Source: Tubulanus polymorphus (Eukaryota > Animalia > Nemertea). Taken from it: a DNA stretch of 64,000 bases. The position numbers and the translations under genes are program-made. The DNA lies in the NCBI RefSeq assembly GCF_964204645.1, contig NC_134031.1:186001-250000 (forward strand). The letters run 5' to 3'. Positions 47,012 to 59,305 of this stretch are shown here, piece after piece (within the stretch, counting starts at the first letter, position 1; the number at the start of each line of letters is the position of its first letter). The notes under the pieces are model-generated. The model saw only the letters and a program-made list of their open reading frames with translations, did not search any database and was not told the origin of the DNA.

Positions 47012-50000
47012 ATGTCATCCACTAGTAGAGGAGGACGAGGAGGAAAGAAAAAGAGGAGAGATGACAACGGTTGGGAACAATTTGTAAGTTTATAAGTTAG
47101 AGAATACCGGTTTATATCTCCCCTGATACCCCCCCTCCCCTGATACCCCCCTCCTAGTTAGTATCACGAGCGGATATTTTCACAAACCACATCTGATTAT
47201 AAAAGCTTACCAACAACGATTAGGTGATTAACAAGAATCCCTCCCCAAATCCTGTGATCCCTCCTGCGACCCTGTGATCCCGACCCTATGATCCCTCCCC
47301 GACCCTGTGATCCCTACCCCGACCCTATGATCCCTCCCCCGACCCTATGATCCCTCCCCGACCCTGTGATCCCTCCCCCGACCCTGTGATCCCTCCCCCG
47401 ACCCTATGATCCCTCCCCCGACCCTATGATCCCTCCCCGACCCTGTGATCCCTCCCCCGACCCTGTGATCCCTCCCCCGACCCTGTGATCCCTCCCCCGA
47501 CGCTGTGATCCCTCCTGCGACCCTGTGATCCCTTTCCGACCCTGTGATCCCTTTCCGACCCTGTGATCCCTCCCCGACCCTGTGATCCCTCCTCCGACCC
47601 TATGATCCCTCCGCCGACCCTGTGATCCCTCCCCCGACGCTGTGATCCCTCCTGCGACCCTGTGATCCCTTTCCGACCCTGTGATCCCTCCCCCGACCCT
47701 GTGATCCCTCCCCCGACGCTGTGATCCCTCCTGCGACCCTGTGATCCCTTTCCGACCCTGTGATCCCTCCCCCGACCCTGTGATCCCTCCTGCAACCCTG
47801 TGATCCCTCCCCCGACCCTGTGATCCCTCCCCCGACCCTGTGATCCCTCCTGCAACCCTGTGATCCCTCCCCCGACCCTGTGATCCCTCCCCTCCCTCCC
47901 TCCCTCCCGCGACCCTGTGATCCCCTCCCTCCCCACTGATACAAAGTTATATATTTACAGGGTGGCTATATGGCTGCGAAGATTAAAAAGTTGGAAAATC
48001 AATTTACATCAGAGAAAGAAGAAACTTCTAAAAGTCATATATTTAAAGGAGTTTCTATATTTGTGAATGGATATACAAGTGAGTATTATACAGATCGATT
48101 TCACACGGTTCAACAATCACTCAATAGAGGGAGTTATCGTTGTTTTATATAGATCCATCGTCCGATGAATTGAGACGTTTAATGACGACTAACGGCGGCA
48201 GATTTATTCATTATTACGATCGTCTCAAGGTCACTCACATCATAGCCACAAATCTACCAAATAGTAAGATTAAAAACTTGAAACGTGAATTAGTGGTGAG
48301 TCCGAACTGGATAACAGACAGGTCAGTCGCACCCAGACCCAGCGTGGGTAATCTTGATACTAGATTAGATTCAATTGATATTTCAATCGATTGTTTTGTA
48401 TTTATTGTAGCGTTAAAGCAGGGAAACTGCTGCCTTACAGTGACTATCTACTCTACCGTAAACAATTTAAAAAATTAGATGTCATCAGCGCGAAAAGTAA
48501 TCCATCTAAAACTGACAACGCAGAGGACCGTGTCGTTACTACTGCATCAACTGGAAATCCTACTGTCAAATTAGACGATTCACAAACCACCAGTGTTAGT
48601 TCTAAAGTTCAAACTAGGAATCTACCGGACTCAGAAACCAGCGGTGTTAGTTCTAAAGTTCAAACTAGGAATCTACCGGACTCAGAAACCTGTGGTGTTA
48701 GTTCTAAAGTTCAAACTAGGAATCTACCGGACTCAGAAACCTGCGGTGTTAGTTCTAAAGTTCAAACTAGGAATCTACCGGACTCAGAAACCAGCGGTGT
48801 TAGTTCTAAAGTTCAAACTAGGAATCTACCGGACTCAGAAACCAGCGGTGTTAGTTCTAAAGTTCAAACTAGGAATCTACCGGACTCAGAAACCTGCGGT
48901 GTTAGTTCTAAAGTTCAAACTAGGAATCTACCGGCCTCAGAAACCAGCGGTGTTAGTTCTAAAGTTCAAACTAGGAATCTACCGGACTCAGAAACCAGCG
49001 GTGTTAGTTCTAAAGTTCAAACTAGGAATCTACCGGACTCAGAAACCAGTGGTGTTAGTTCTAAAGTTCAAACTAGGAATCTACCGGACTCAGAAACCAG
49101 TGGTGTTAGTTCTAAAGTTCAAACTAGGAATCTACCGGACTCAGAAACCAGCGGTGTTAGTTCTAAAGTTCAAACTAGGAATCTACCGGACTCAGAAACC
49201 TGTGGTGTTAGTTCTAAAGTTCAAACTAGGAATCTACCGGACTCAGAAACCTGTGGTGTTAGTTCTAAAGTTCAAAATAAGAAAACAACGGCCTCAGAAA
49301 CCTGCAGTGTCAGTTCTAAAGATACGAGATTTCTCTCAGAATTTTATGCTAATTCACGTTTGCACCATCTGTCCACTTGGGGCGCTGAGTTTAAACAATA
49401 CGTCAATAAACTACAGACAGAAAATGATCAATTCCCGGGACGTGATAAACTCAATGAGTTTGTACAATCAACTGCTGGAGAACCATGCGATAAACTCAAT
49501 GAGTTTGTACAAACAGCAGTGGCTGGAGAACGTGTTATAATGCACATTGATATGGATTGTTTCTTTGTGTCAGTTGGATTGAGATCTAGACCACATTTAA
49601 AAGGTTTGTATCTCGCTATCTTCACTTAACAGCAGGATCCAGTTTCACAGTTGTCTCTGACTCAATTTAATTCATTTGAAATAAACCTATAAGTGAACCA
49701 GTAGCAGTTTTATTGTATTTATAGGTAAACCAGTAGCAGTCACTCATTCTAAAGGAAAATCTGAATTACATAAACGAGAAGGAACAGATATTCAATATGA
49801 ACGAGCTTTATGGCAACACAGGTAGATTTAGAAAGAGCTGGAACTGAATTCCAGAGAACAGACTGAATTCAAACTGGTTTATTTTCACTGCATGTTGTTT
49901 ACTTTCAGGAAACGTTCTCGATTGTCAAAAGGTGGCGCTGCTGCTGCTGCTGTATTTGTTAATGATAATCTAGATGAAGATTCTGAGGATGAATTTCAAC

Positions 50001-53000
50001 AATCTGAAACCAAACGTCATCACAATTCTGCTGCTGCTACTGCTGCTGTTTCTGATACAACAGCTGAAAAAATTCCTTCATTTGCTGAAATAGCATCGTG
50101 TAATTACGAAGCAAGACAGGTATTAACAAATACCAGACTGGCCAGGCTAGGGTAGGCTAGGGTAGACTAGGGTAGACTAGAGTTCAGAATTTGTGATGTT
50201 TGATATTGTGTTTATCGTTCAAGGCTGGTTTAAGGAATGGAATGTTTATTGTTCAAGGCTGGTTTAAGGAATGGAATGTTTATTGTTTAAGGCATGTTTA
50301 AGGAATGGAATGTTTATTATTCAAGGCTGGTTTAAGGAATGGAATGTTTATTATTTAAGGCTGGTTTAAGGAATGGAATGTTTATTGGTGAAGCGATGAA
50401 ATTATGTCCGAATCTCGTCACAATTCCGTATGATTTTGACAGTTATAACGAAGTATCTCGACAACTTTATGATATAGTTGCCAGGTAACAGTAGCAGAAT
50501 GAAACCGATCTGTCTGTTGTAAGAAGCACATACTGTTCATATTGAACTGTCTCTATTTTTAGTTATACTCATTGTATTGAAGCTGTAAGCTGTGATGAGA
50601 TGTTTATTGATTGTACCGATTTATTAGAACACACCAGCGCGACACCTGATCAATTCTCTTCGATGTTACGTTCTGAAATACAATCATCTACTCATTGTGC
50701 GGCATCATGCGGTATGGGTAAGTGTTGGTAAGTGGGGGTAAGTGTTTATCCACTTCCACAGTGGAACAGCCCTTTCACGATGCAAGTTATTGTAAATTTT
50801 GAATCTATTTATAGGTACGAATATATTACTAGCCAGAATGGCGACTAGAATTGCTAAACCAAATGGACAATATTATCTACCTTCAAGTGATGTTCAAGAA
50901 TTCATTGTTAAACAACCAGTTAAACATTTACCAGGCACGTACAGTAACCGAGACCAGGGGCTACTGGACCCAGTTCCACAGTTCTGTGTACAGTAACCGA
51001 GACCAGGGGCTACAGGACCCAGTTCCACAGTTCTGTGTACAGTAACAGAGACCAGGGGCAACAGGACCCAGTTCCACAGTTCTGTGTACAGTAACAGAGA
51101 CCAGGGGCTACAGGACCCAGTTCCACAGTTCTGTGTACAGTAACAGAGACCAGGGGCTACAGGACCCAGTTCCACAGTTCTGTGTACAGTAACAGAGACC
51201 AGGGGCTACAGGACCCAGTTCCACAGTTCTGTGTACAGTAATAGAGACCAGGGGCTACAGGACCCAGTTCCACAGTTCTGTGTACAGTAACAGAGACCAG
51301 GGGCTACAGGACCCAGTTCCACAGTTCTGTGTACAGTAACAGAGACCAGGGGCTACAGGACCCAGTTCCACAGTTCTGTGTACAGTAACAGAGACCAGGG
51401 GCTACAGGACCCAGTTCCATAGTTCTGTGTACAGTAACAGAGACCAGGGGCTACAGGACCCAGTTCCACAGTTCTGTGTACAGTAACAGAGACCAGGGGC
51501 TACAGGACCCAGTTCCACAGTTCTGTGTACAGTAACAGAGACCAGGGGCTACAGGACCCAGTTCCACAGTTCTGTGTACAGTAACCGAGACCAGGGGCTA
51601 CAGGACCCAGTTCCACACTTCTGTGTACAGTAACAGAGACCAGGGGCTACAGGACCCAGTTCCACACTTCTGTGTACAGTAACAGAGACCTGGGGCTACA
51701 GGACCCAGTTCCACAGTTCTGTGTACAGTAACAGAGACCAGGGGCTACAGATGCTCAACAGTTGGTTAAAGATAACCGGCGGATATATACAATAATAACA
51801 ATGAACTTGTCACTAGTCAACTAACCACTTGTAAACTGTAACCAACTTTTGAGCAACTGCAGCTCCAGAGGTCTTATGTCCTGTGAATAATCCTAAATTT
51901 CAGTTGATCTGATTTGTTATATTTTCTAGGTGTCGGATCGGCTACAAATGTAAAACTAAGAGAATTAGGTGTTGAAACTTGTGGACACTTACAGCAGATC
52001 GGTTTATCAACTTTACAGAAAGAATTCGGCCCAAAAACTGGACAATGTTTGTATAATTACAGTCGCGGTGAGGACAGTCGCCGACTTAGAGTCGAACATC
52101 AGAGAAAATCAATATCGGCAGACGTTAATTACGGTATTCGTTTTACTGAGGTAACTTTAGATAAATCTGGATAGAGTTTACATTGATATTCTGTATGGAG
52201 ATCATTGAATCAGTTTTCTGATCATTGAATCAGTTTCCTGATCATTGAATCAGTTTTCTGATCAATGAATCAGTTTTCTGATCGTTGAATCAGTTTCCTG
52301 ATCATTGAATCAGTTTTCTGATCATTGAATCAGTTTCCTGATCATTGAATCAGTTTTCTTATCAATGAATCAGTTTTCTGATCGTTGAATCAGTTTCCTG
52401 TTCATTGAATCAGTTTCCTGATCATTGAATCAGTTTTCTTATCAATGAATCAGTTTTCTGATCGTTGAATCAGTTTCCTGATCATCGAATCAGTTTTCTG
52501 ATCAATGAATCAGTTTTCTGATCATTGAATCAGTTTTCTGTTGTATATTCGTAGAATTCAGACGTTGAGAAGTTTATATCTGAACTTTCTACGGAAGTCG
52601 AAGCTCGATTAAAGAAATTAAACTCAAAAGGGAAAACTATAACGATAAAACTGAAAATCAGGGCTTCAAATGCACCGAAAGAAACTGCAAAATTCATGGG
52701 TAAACAATTCATAACTGTTATAGAATCTCTATCTGTCACTATCTGTCACATATGTCTGTCTGACGTCTATCTGTCACTGTCTGACGTCTATCTGTCACTA
52801 TCTGTCACATATGTCTGTCTGACATCTATCTGTCACTGTCTGTTTGTCTGTCTGTTTGAATGTTTTCTATTTTTCTTCACAGGTCACGGAGTTTGTGATA
52901 ACGTTACCAAATCAGTAACATTACCGATAGCAACCGACGATAATAAGATTATCAGTTCGAAATGTATGGATATGATTCGACCGATGAAGATATCAGCTGA

Positions 53001-55555
53001 AGATTTCCGTGGGGTAAGAACTCCTTCCCCGGGGGGTTACTGGGTCCGGACTCATCTTAAGGAATTTGAGATTGCAATGTTTTCTATGTTTTGTAGGTTG
53101 GAATTCAGATTCAGAAATTAGAAACTCAGAAAAATCGATCAAATATTACGAGCATTTTGAACTTTACTAGAAAATCCAGTGAAATCCCAGCTACAGCAGG
53201 TAGTGATACTAGTGGTAAACCGGTATCATCAGAATCAGATAAAACTCCCAGCAGCAGCAGCAGGAACAGCAGCAGCAGCAGGAACAGCAGCAGCAACAGC
53301 AACAGCAGCAGCAACAGCTGCAGGAAGAAGGGAATCCTGAAATTCACTACAGACAAACAACAAATAAAGTCTCATATGAAGTAAGTTTTATATTTTCATA
53401 TTAGGTTCACAAAATTGTGCAGGGGCTGCAGTTTGAAGGAATACTGCAGTAATTCACTATATCAACGATCCACTGTTTAACTGTAACTGCTGCCCCTGGT
53501 ACACACAAACCTGATTGTGTGTATTTCTGTATGTATATTTATAGAAATTCACTGCCTCCACTTCCACAGTTTAATCCACAAACTCCACATGTATCGACAA
53601 AACCTCCAACTACAGACTTCCTACTCTCTCCATCTCAGGTAATTAATCATTACATGCGCCTGTGTGACTGACATGTGCCTGTAACATGGAGTATTATATC
53701 TCTAACTAGGTCGATCTCGATGTTCTAAAAGAACTCCCTCCAGAAATTCGTCGACAAATTGAAAACGATTTGAAAAAATCGAAAAAGAATCAAGTAGAAA
53801 AATCATCGCATGAAAAACCGGCTACAAAACGTGGACTGATTCGGGATTACCAGGAAACTGCGGCCAGTGATAAACCGGGCTGTTCTCATTGGCTAACTAC
53901 ATCAACCAATCAGCAACCAGATGATGAGATCGTTGTATTATCAGAAATCGAGGAACTACCTTCATTTTCACAGGTATCCATTACACTCTGTTCTACAGCT
54001 ATAGCTGTCTATATTAGTGATGTCATAGGGGGAAATCTGTTACATTATTCATAGATCGATCCGGATTGTCTAGCAGCGCTACCTGGTGACATTCAGAGAG
54101 AACTAAACGCAGCTTACAACAATAAACAACGGTCGTCATCGGTAACTACATCAGTAGCTGGAACAGCAGCGGGAACGGGGAAGATGCAGAAATCACCGGC
54201 GAAAACAGTACAGTTACTATGGAAACCAAATGCTGAAAAATCACCCATAAAAGCTGGAACAGGAAAACGAACGACATTCAAATCACCTTCGAAGGTTCGT
54301 AGAAATACAACAATTAAAACCGGTATTTAATTTGAGTGAGACAGAGAGATGTGTTTATATTAGGGTTCACCGGGAAAGAGATACAAATCACCGAACAAAT
54401 ACAAGGTTAAAACCAGTCCGAATAAACCTGTAGAAAGAAGACGCTTTGAAGATGATCTGATGGAAGGGACAGCAGTACCAGAAGTTATCCAGCATCCTGG
54501 AGCAGTCCTCCAGCAACCTGATACTCGTCCTCCTGTTAACATATGTGGTGCAGTTACTTTGCAAGAAGTGAAAGATTTAACTTTAGAATGGATTTTAACA
54601 TCTCCTGGTGAGTTAGGTTTTTAGCTATCTGTAGAAACTCTCCGTCTCCTGGTGACTTAGTTAGGTTTTTAGCTATCTGTAGAAACTCTCCGTGTCCTGG
54701 TGAGTTAGTTAGGTTTTTAACTATCTCTAGAAACTCTCCGTGTCCTGGTGAGTTAGTTAGGTTTTTAGCTATCTGTAGAAACTCTCTGTCTCCTGGTGAG
54801 TTAGTTAGGTTTTTAGTTATCTGTAGAAACTCTCCGTCTCCTGGTGAGTTAGTTAGGTTTTTAACTATCTCTAGAAACTCTCCGTGTCCTGGTGAGTTAG
54901 TTAGGTTTTTAGCTATCTGTAGAAACTCTCCGTGTCCTGGTGAGTTAGTTAGGTTTTTAGCTATCTGTAGAAACTCTCCGTGTCCTGGTGAGTTAGATAG
55001 GTTGCTGGGTATCTGTAGGAACTCTCCGCAATATATTTAAATGGAGTTGTTTATATTTGTCAGTTCCAGAAGTTGAAGATGTTGTGAGATATCAGTGCTA
55101 TCTGGATGAACTTGTGAATGACTGTAATTTAGAACAAGTTGATCTTCTATTGCATTATCTATACAGGTAACTCTTTCTCCTCCCTCTCCCTCCCTCTCCC
55201 TCCCTCTCCCTCCCTCTCCCTCCCTCTCCCTCCCTCTCCCTCCCTCCCTCTCCCTCCCTCTCCCTCTCCCTCTCCCTCTCCCTCTCCCTCTCCCTCTCCC
55301 TCTCCCTCTCCCTCTCCCTCTCCCTCTCCCTCTCCCTCTCCCTCTCCCTCTCCCTCTCCCTCTCCCTCCCTCTTGCTCATCTCTCTTTTCATCAGTTGTG
55401 TAATGATTATTATCTATTTTAGGAGATGTAGTCGGCTTGATTCTGAGGTGTGGATTCAGTGTTTAACTGATATCATTAAATCAGTACAGAACAGTGTTCT
55501 TATTAAACATGGTGCTAAATTAAAACTCAAATTTAACTCATCAATCGGAAATTAA
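47012..55555 (+). CDS. REV1: DNA repair protein REV1 (Y-family deoxycytidyl transferase)
   Basis: Exons 47012-47083, 47961-48078, 48153-48321, 48411-49603, 49725-49821, 49909-50119, 50360-50484, 50563-50717, 50815-50934 (GC donor), 51930-52150, 52555-52699, 52883-53013, 53097-53380, 53545-53638, 53710-53973, 54055-54294, 54364-54607, 55064-55166, 55423-55555 (TAA). Motifs: [19 protein letters not shown] ([29 protein letters not shown]), N-digit [31 protein letters not shown], catalytic SCDE, two UBMs ([18 protein letters not shown]) and the C-terminal domain. Confidence 0.97.
47250..47930. repeat. 20-21-bp intronic minisatellite
   Basis: Unit cgaccctgtgatccctccccc. Confidence 0.94.
48580..49320 (+). 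repeat. Coding 51-bp tandem repeat in REV1 ([15 protein letters not shown][S/C]G), 13 full copies plus partial
   Basis: Period 51 nt from 48601 to 49264, in frame within exon 48411-49603. Confidence 0.95.
50212..50386 (+). repeat. Five 34-bp tandem copies of a REV1 intron/exon (acceptor) junction
   Basis: Unit tttattgttcAAG|gctggtttaaggaatggaatg; AAG at 50221, 50255, 50289, 50323, 50357. Confidence 0.93.
50942..51750. repeat. 49-bp intronic minisatellite, about 16.5 copies
   Basis: Unit cagtaacagagaccaggggctacaggacccagttccacagttctgtgta. Confidence 0.96.
51739..51868. mobile_element. Approx. 130-bp MITE-like element
   Basis: Inverted termini caggggctacagatgctcaacagttggtta / taaccaacttttgagcaactgcagctccag. 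Related sequence at 55746 and 58016 (ggggctgcagttgctcaaaa...aacaatgaactt...gtcact). Confidence 0.7.
52200..52540. repeat. 20-bp intronic minisatellite, about 17 copies, ending at the acceptor
   Basis: Unit gatcattgaatcagttttct. Confidence 0.95.
54601..55029 (+). repeat. 48-bp tandem repeat of a REV1 exon/intron (donor) junction; 9 donor copies
   Basis: Unit tcctg|GTGAGTtagttaggtttttagctatctgtAGaaactctccgtg; GT at 54608, 54652, 54700, 54748, 54796, 54844, 54892, 54940, 54988. Confidence 0.93.
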
Positions 55556-56047
55556 TTTTGTATTTATTAATTTATTGTGAAATAAATCAGTTTATTTTAT
55601 TTTATTTTATTAATATTGAGTCTAGTTCTACAGTGGTTTGGAGTATGTTGGACAAGTTGCAGTATAGCACTAGGACTCTGGAGTCAGAGTGCAGCCTCGG
55701 ACCCCAGTCACTGATCAGCCAATCCTGACCAGTCCATCACTGAACCGGGGCTGCAGTTGCTCAAAACTGGCAGATAAATACCACAGAAACAATGAACTTT
55801 TAATTGTCACTGTGTCAACTGTTTACAATTCAATAGTGATTTGGCTTCAAGCAAAATGCGGGAGTCAGTGGTGGCCCCTTTGAATTGGCGTCCCGTCGAC
55901 TGTAGTAATATCTACAGACTCCGAATCAAAGATCGTCTGAAAGAAAAGTGAGATTCTCATCTATGAATGGTGGCTTTAAAGTCTTAAATCAAGAGAATGG
56001 TTTTATTAGCATTTGAAACAATACAGCCCGCCACTGAAAGAATAGTA

Positions 56048-56532
56048 ATCTCAACCGTCTAGTGCTGCCCCTATGTATAACGATAGCGGAAAAAACGTGA
56101 ACTAACATAATACTCGCTTGCCAGACACTTTTTACGGCCGTACTGGACAAACTATTTACCGACTTGCGGGCCGGAATCAGAGAAAATTCTCAAACTCTTT
56201 GAAAACAGCACTGAAACTAATCAACTGGTGATTCTTATATAAAAGAAGAGTTTTAAAAGAATAAATTTGTATCAGGGTATTTCTAGTGAGGTCGGCGATG
56301 ATATAATGATAATTCATTGGTAAGCAATGGTTTTTGCTAATAAATAGAATAAAGTAACCCAAAAAGATATAGAAATACCATCTAAAATTCATTATATCAT
56401 ATTGTATTAGAATAAGGCGACAAACTGATCCGTATTGTAGGAAATTCATATTCCTCCGGCAGTGCATTATTATTTTAGTTCACAGAAATTCCACTATCGT
56501 TATTCATAGGGGCAGCACCGTACGGTTGAGAT
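56048..56532. mobile_element. Approx. 485-bp MITE-like element with 44-bp terminal inverted repeats (second copy ~58318-58813 inside the duplication)
   Basis: atctcaaccgtctagtgctgcccctatgtataacgatagcggaa versus ttccactatcgttattcataggggcagcaccgtacggttgagat. Confidence 0.75.
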
Positions 56533-57021
56533 CTAACACAGCCTAGCCATTCTACTGTGGCATGTGAGTAGTACAGCTATTTTTTAAATGTCAAAATTCA
56601 TGTATTATTCAACAGAAATGAAAGTTCAAAAATAAAAAAGAGCACTTTTCAGCACTAATTGACATCTTAATGGAAACAAACTGTCGATGATCGAATACAG
56701 TTATTCGCTATGGGTCTAGAAACCACTGACCCTCCCCAGCTGGACCTGATACAGCCATGAATCCATCAAATAAAAGACATTGTTTTTTTACATATAACAA
56801 TTTATAATTCAGTGAATTCCATACATTATTATGATCAATGTTTTACAGTTTTTGTGTTTCTACCACAAACAATTATTTAATTACATTTAATTTATTTTTT
56901 ATCTTTTTTTTAAATTATTATTTACATGATTAATTTTACACATGATATCAATTAATTAATATTTTAAAAACATCACTTTCTCAAAATGAAGGAAGTGATT
57001 TATTTCTATTCTATTCCAATT

Positions 57022-59305
57022 GTTAGTTAGGTTTTTAGCTATCTGTAGAAACTCTCTGTGTCCTGGTGAGTTAGATAGGTTTTTAGCTATCTGTAGAAAC
57101 TCTCCGTGTCCTGGTGAGTTAGATAGGTTTTTAACTATCTGTAGAAACTCTCCGTCTCCTGGTGAGTTAGATAGGTTGCTGGGTATCTGTAGGAACTCTC
57201 CGCAATATATTTAAATGGAGTTGTTTATATTTTCCAGTTCCAGAAGTTGAAGATGTTGTGAGATATCAGTGCTATCTGGATGAACTTGTGAATGACTGTA
57301 ATTTAGAACAAGTTGATCTTCTATTGCATTATCTATACAGGTAACTCTTTCTCCTCCCTCTCCCTCCCTTTCCCTCCCTCTCTCCCTCCCTCTCCCTCCC
57401 TCTCTCCCTCCCTCTCTCCCTCCCTCTCCCTCTCCCTCTCCCTCTCCCTCTCCCTCTCCCTCTCCCTCTCCCTCTCCCTCTCCCTCTCCCTCTCCCTCTC
57501 CCTCTCCCTCTCCCTCTCCCTCTCCCTCTCCCTCTCCCTCTCCCTCTCCCTCTCCCTCTCCCTCTCCCTCTCCCTCTCCCTCTCCCTCTCCCTCTCCCTC
57601 TCCCTCTCCCTCTCCCTCTCCCTCTCCCTCTCCCTCTCCCTCTCCCTCATCCCTCTTTTCATCAGTTGTGTAATGATTATTATCTATTTTAGGAGATGTA
57701 GTCGGCTTGATTATGAGGTGTGGATTCAGTGTTTAACTGATATCATTAAATCAGTACAGAACAGTGTTCTTATTAAACATGGTGCTAAATTAAAACTCAA
57801 ATTTAACTCATCAATCGGAAATTAATTTTGTATTTATTAATTTATTGTGAAATAAATCAGTTTATTTTATTTTATTTTATTAATATTGAGTCTAGTTCTA
57901 CAGTGGTTTGGAGTATGTTGGACAAGTTGCAGTATAGCACTAGGACTCTGGAGTCAGAGTGCAGCCTCGGACCCCAGTCACTGATCAGCCAATCCTGACC
58001 AGTCCATCACTGAACCGGGGCTGCAGTTGCTCAAAACTGGCAGATAAATACCACAGAAACAATGAACTTTTAATTGTCACTGTGTCAACTGTTTACAATT
58101 CAATAGTGATTTGGCTTCAAGCAAAATGCGGGAGTCAGTGGTGGCCCCTTTGAATTGGCGTCCCGTCGACTGTAGTAATATCTACAGACTCCGAATCAAA
58201 GATCGTCTGAAAGAAAAGTGAGATTCTCATCTATGAATGGTGGCTTTAAAGTCTTAAATCAAGAGAATGGTTTTATTAGCATTTGAAACAATACAGCCCG
58301 CCACTGAAAGAATAGTAATCTCAACCGTCTAGTGCTGCCCCTATGTATAACGATAGCGGAAAAAACGTGAACTAACATAATACTCGCTTGCCAGACACTT
58401 TTTACGGCCGTACTGGACAAACTATTTACCGACTTGCGGGCCGGAATCAGAGAAAATTCTCAAACTCTTTGAAAACAGCACTGAAACTAATCAACTGGTG
58501 ATTCTTATATAAAAGAAGAGTTTTAAAAGAATAAATTTGTATCAGGGTATTTCTAGTGAGGTCGGCGATGATATAATGATAATTCATTGGTAAGCAATGG
58601 TTTTTGCTAATAAATAGAATAAAGTAACCCAAAAAGATATAGAAATACCATCTAAAATTAAGGGAAGATTCATTATATCATATTGTATTAGAATAAGGCG
58701 ACAAACTGGTCCGTATTGTAGGAAATTCATATTCCTCCGGCAGTGCATTATTATTTTAGTTCACAGAAATTCCACTATCGTTATTCATAGGGGCAGCACC
58801 GTACGGTTGAGATCTAACACAGCCTAGCCATTCTACTGTGGCATGTGAGTAGTACAGCTATTTTTTAAATGTCAAAATTCATGTATTATTCAACAGAAAT
58901 GAAAGTTCAAAAATAAAAAAGAGCACTTTTCAGCACTAATTGACATCTTAATGGAAACAAACTGTCGATGATCGAATACAGTTATTCGCTATGGGTCTAG
59001 AAACCACTGACCCTCCCCAGCTGGACCTGATACAGCCATGAATCCATCAAATAAAAGACATTGTTTTTTTACATATAACAATTTATAATTCAGTGAATTC
59101 CATACATTATTATGATCAATGTTTTACAGTTTTTGTGTTTCTACCACAAACAATTATTTAATTACATTTAATTTATTTTTTATCTTTTTTTTAAATTATT
59201 ATTTACATGATTAATTTTACACATGATATCAATTAATTAATATTTTAAAAACATCACTTTCTCAAAATGAAGGAAGTGATTTATTTCTATTCTATTCCAA
59301 TTGTT
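57022..59305 (+). repeat. Tandem segmental duplication of the REV1 3' end, including intact copies of the last two exons (57238-57340, 57693-57825)
   Basis: Near-identical to ~54850-57024. Offset is 2270 after the CT microsatellite and 2281 after an 11-bp insertion at ~58660. One S-to-Y change (DSEVW to DYEVW). Confidence 0.95.

Noticed and set aside
48593-49540. 315-aa alternative-frame ORF overlapping REV1
   Set aside because: A consequence of the stop-free 51-bp repeat; no ATG start or independent support.
54323-54363. 41-nt micro-intron in REV1 using the donor at 54323
   Set aside because: It breaks the reading frame; the donor at 54295 (69-nt intron) keeps it.
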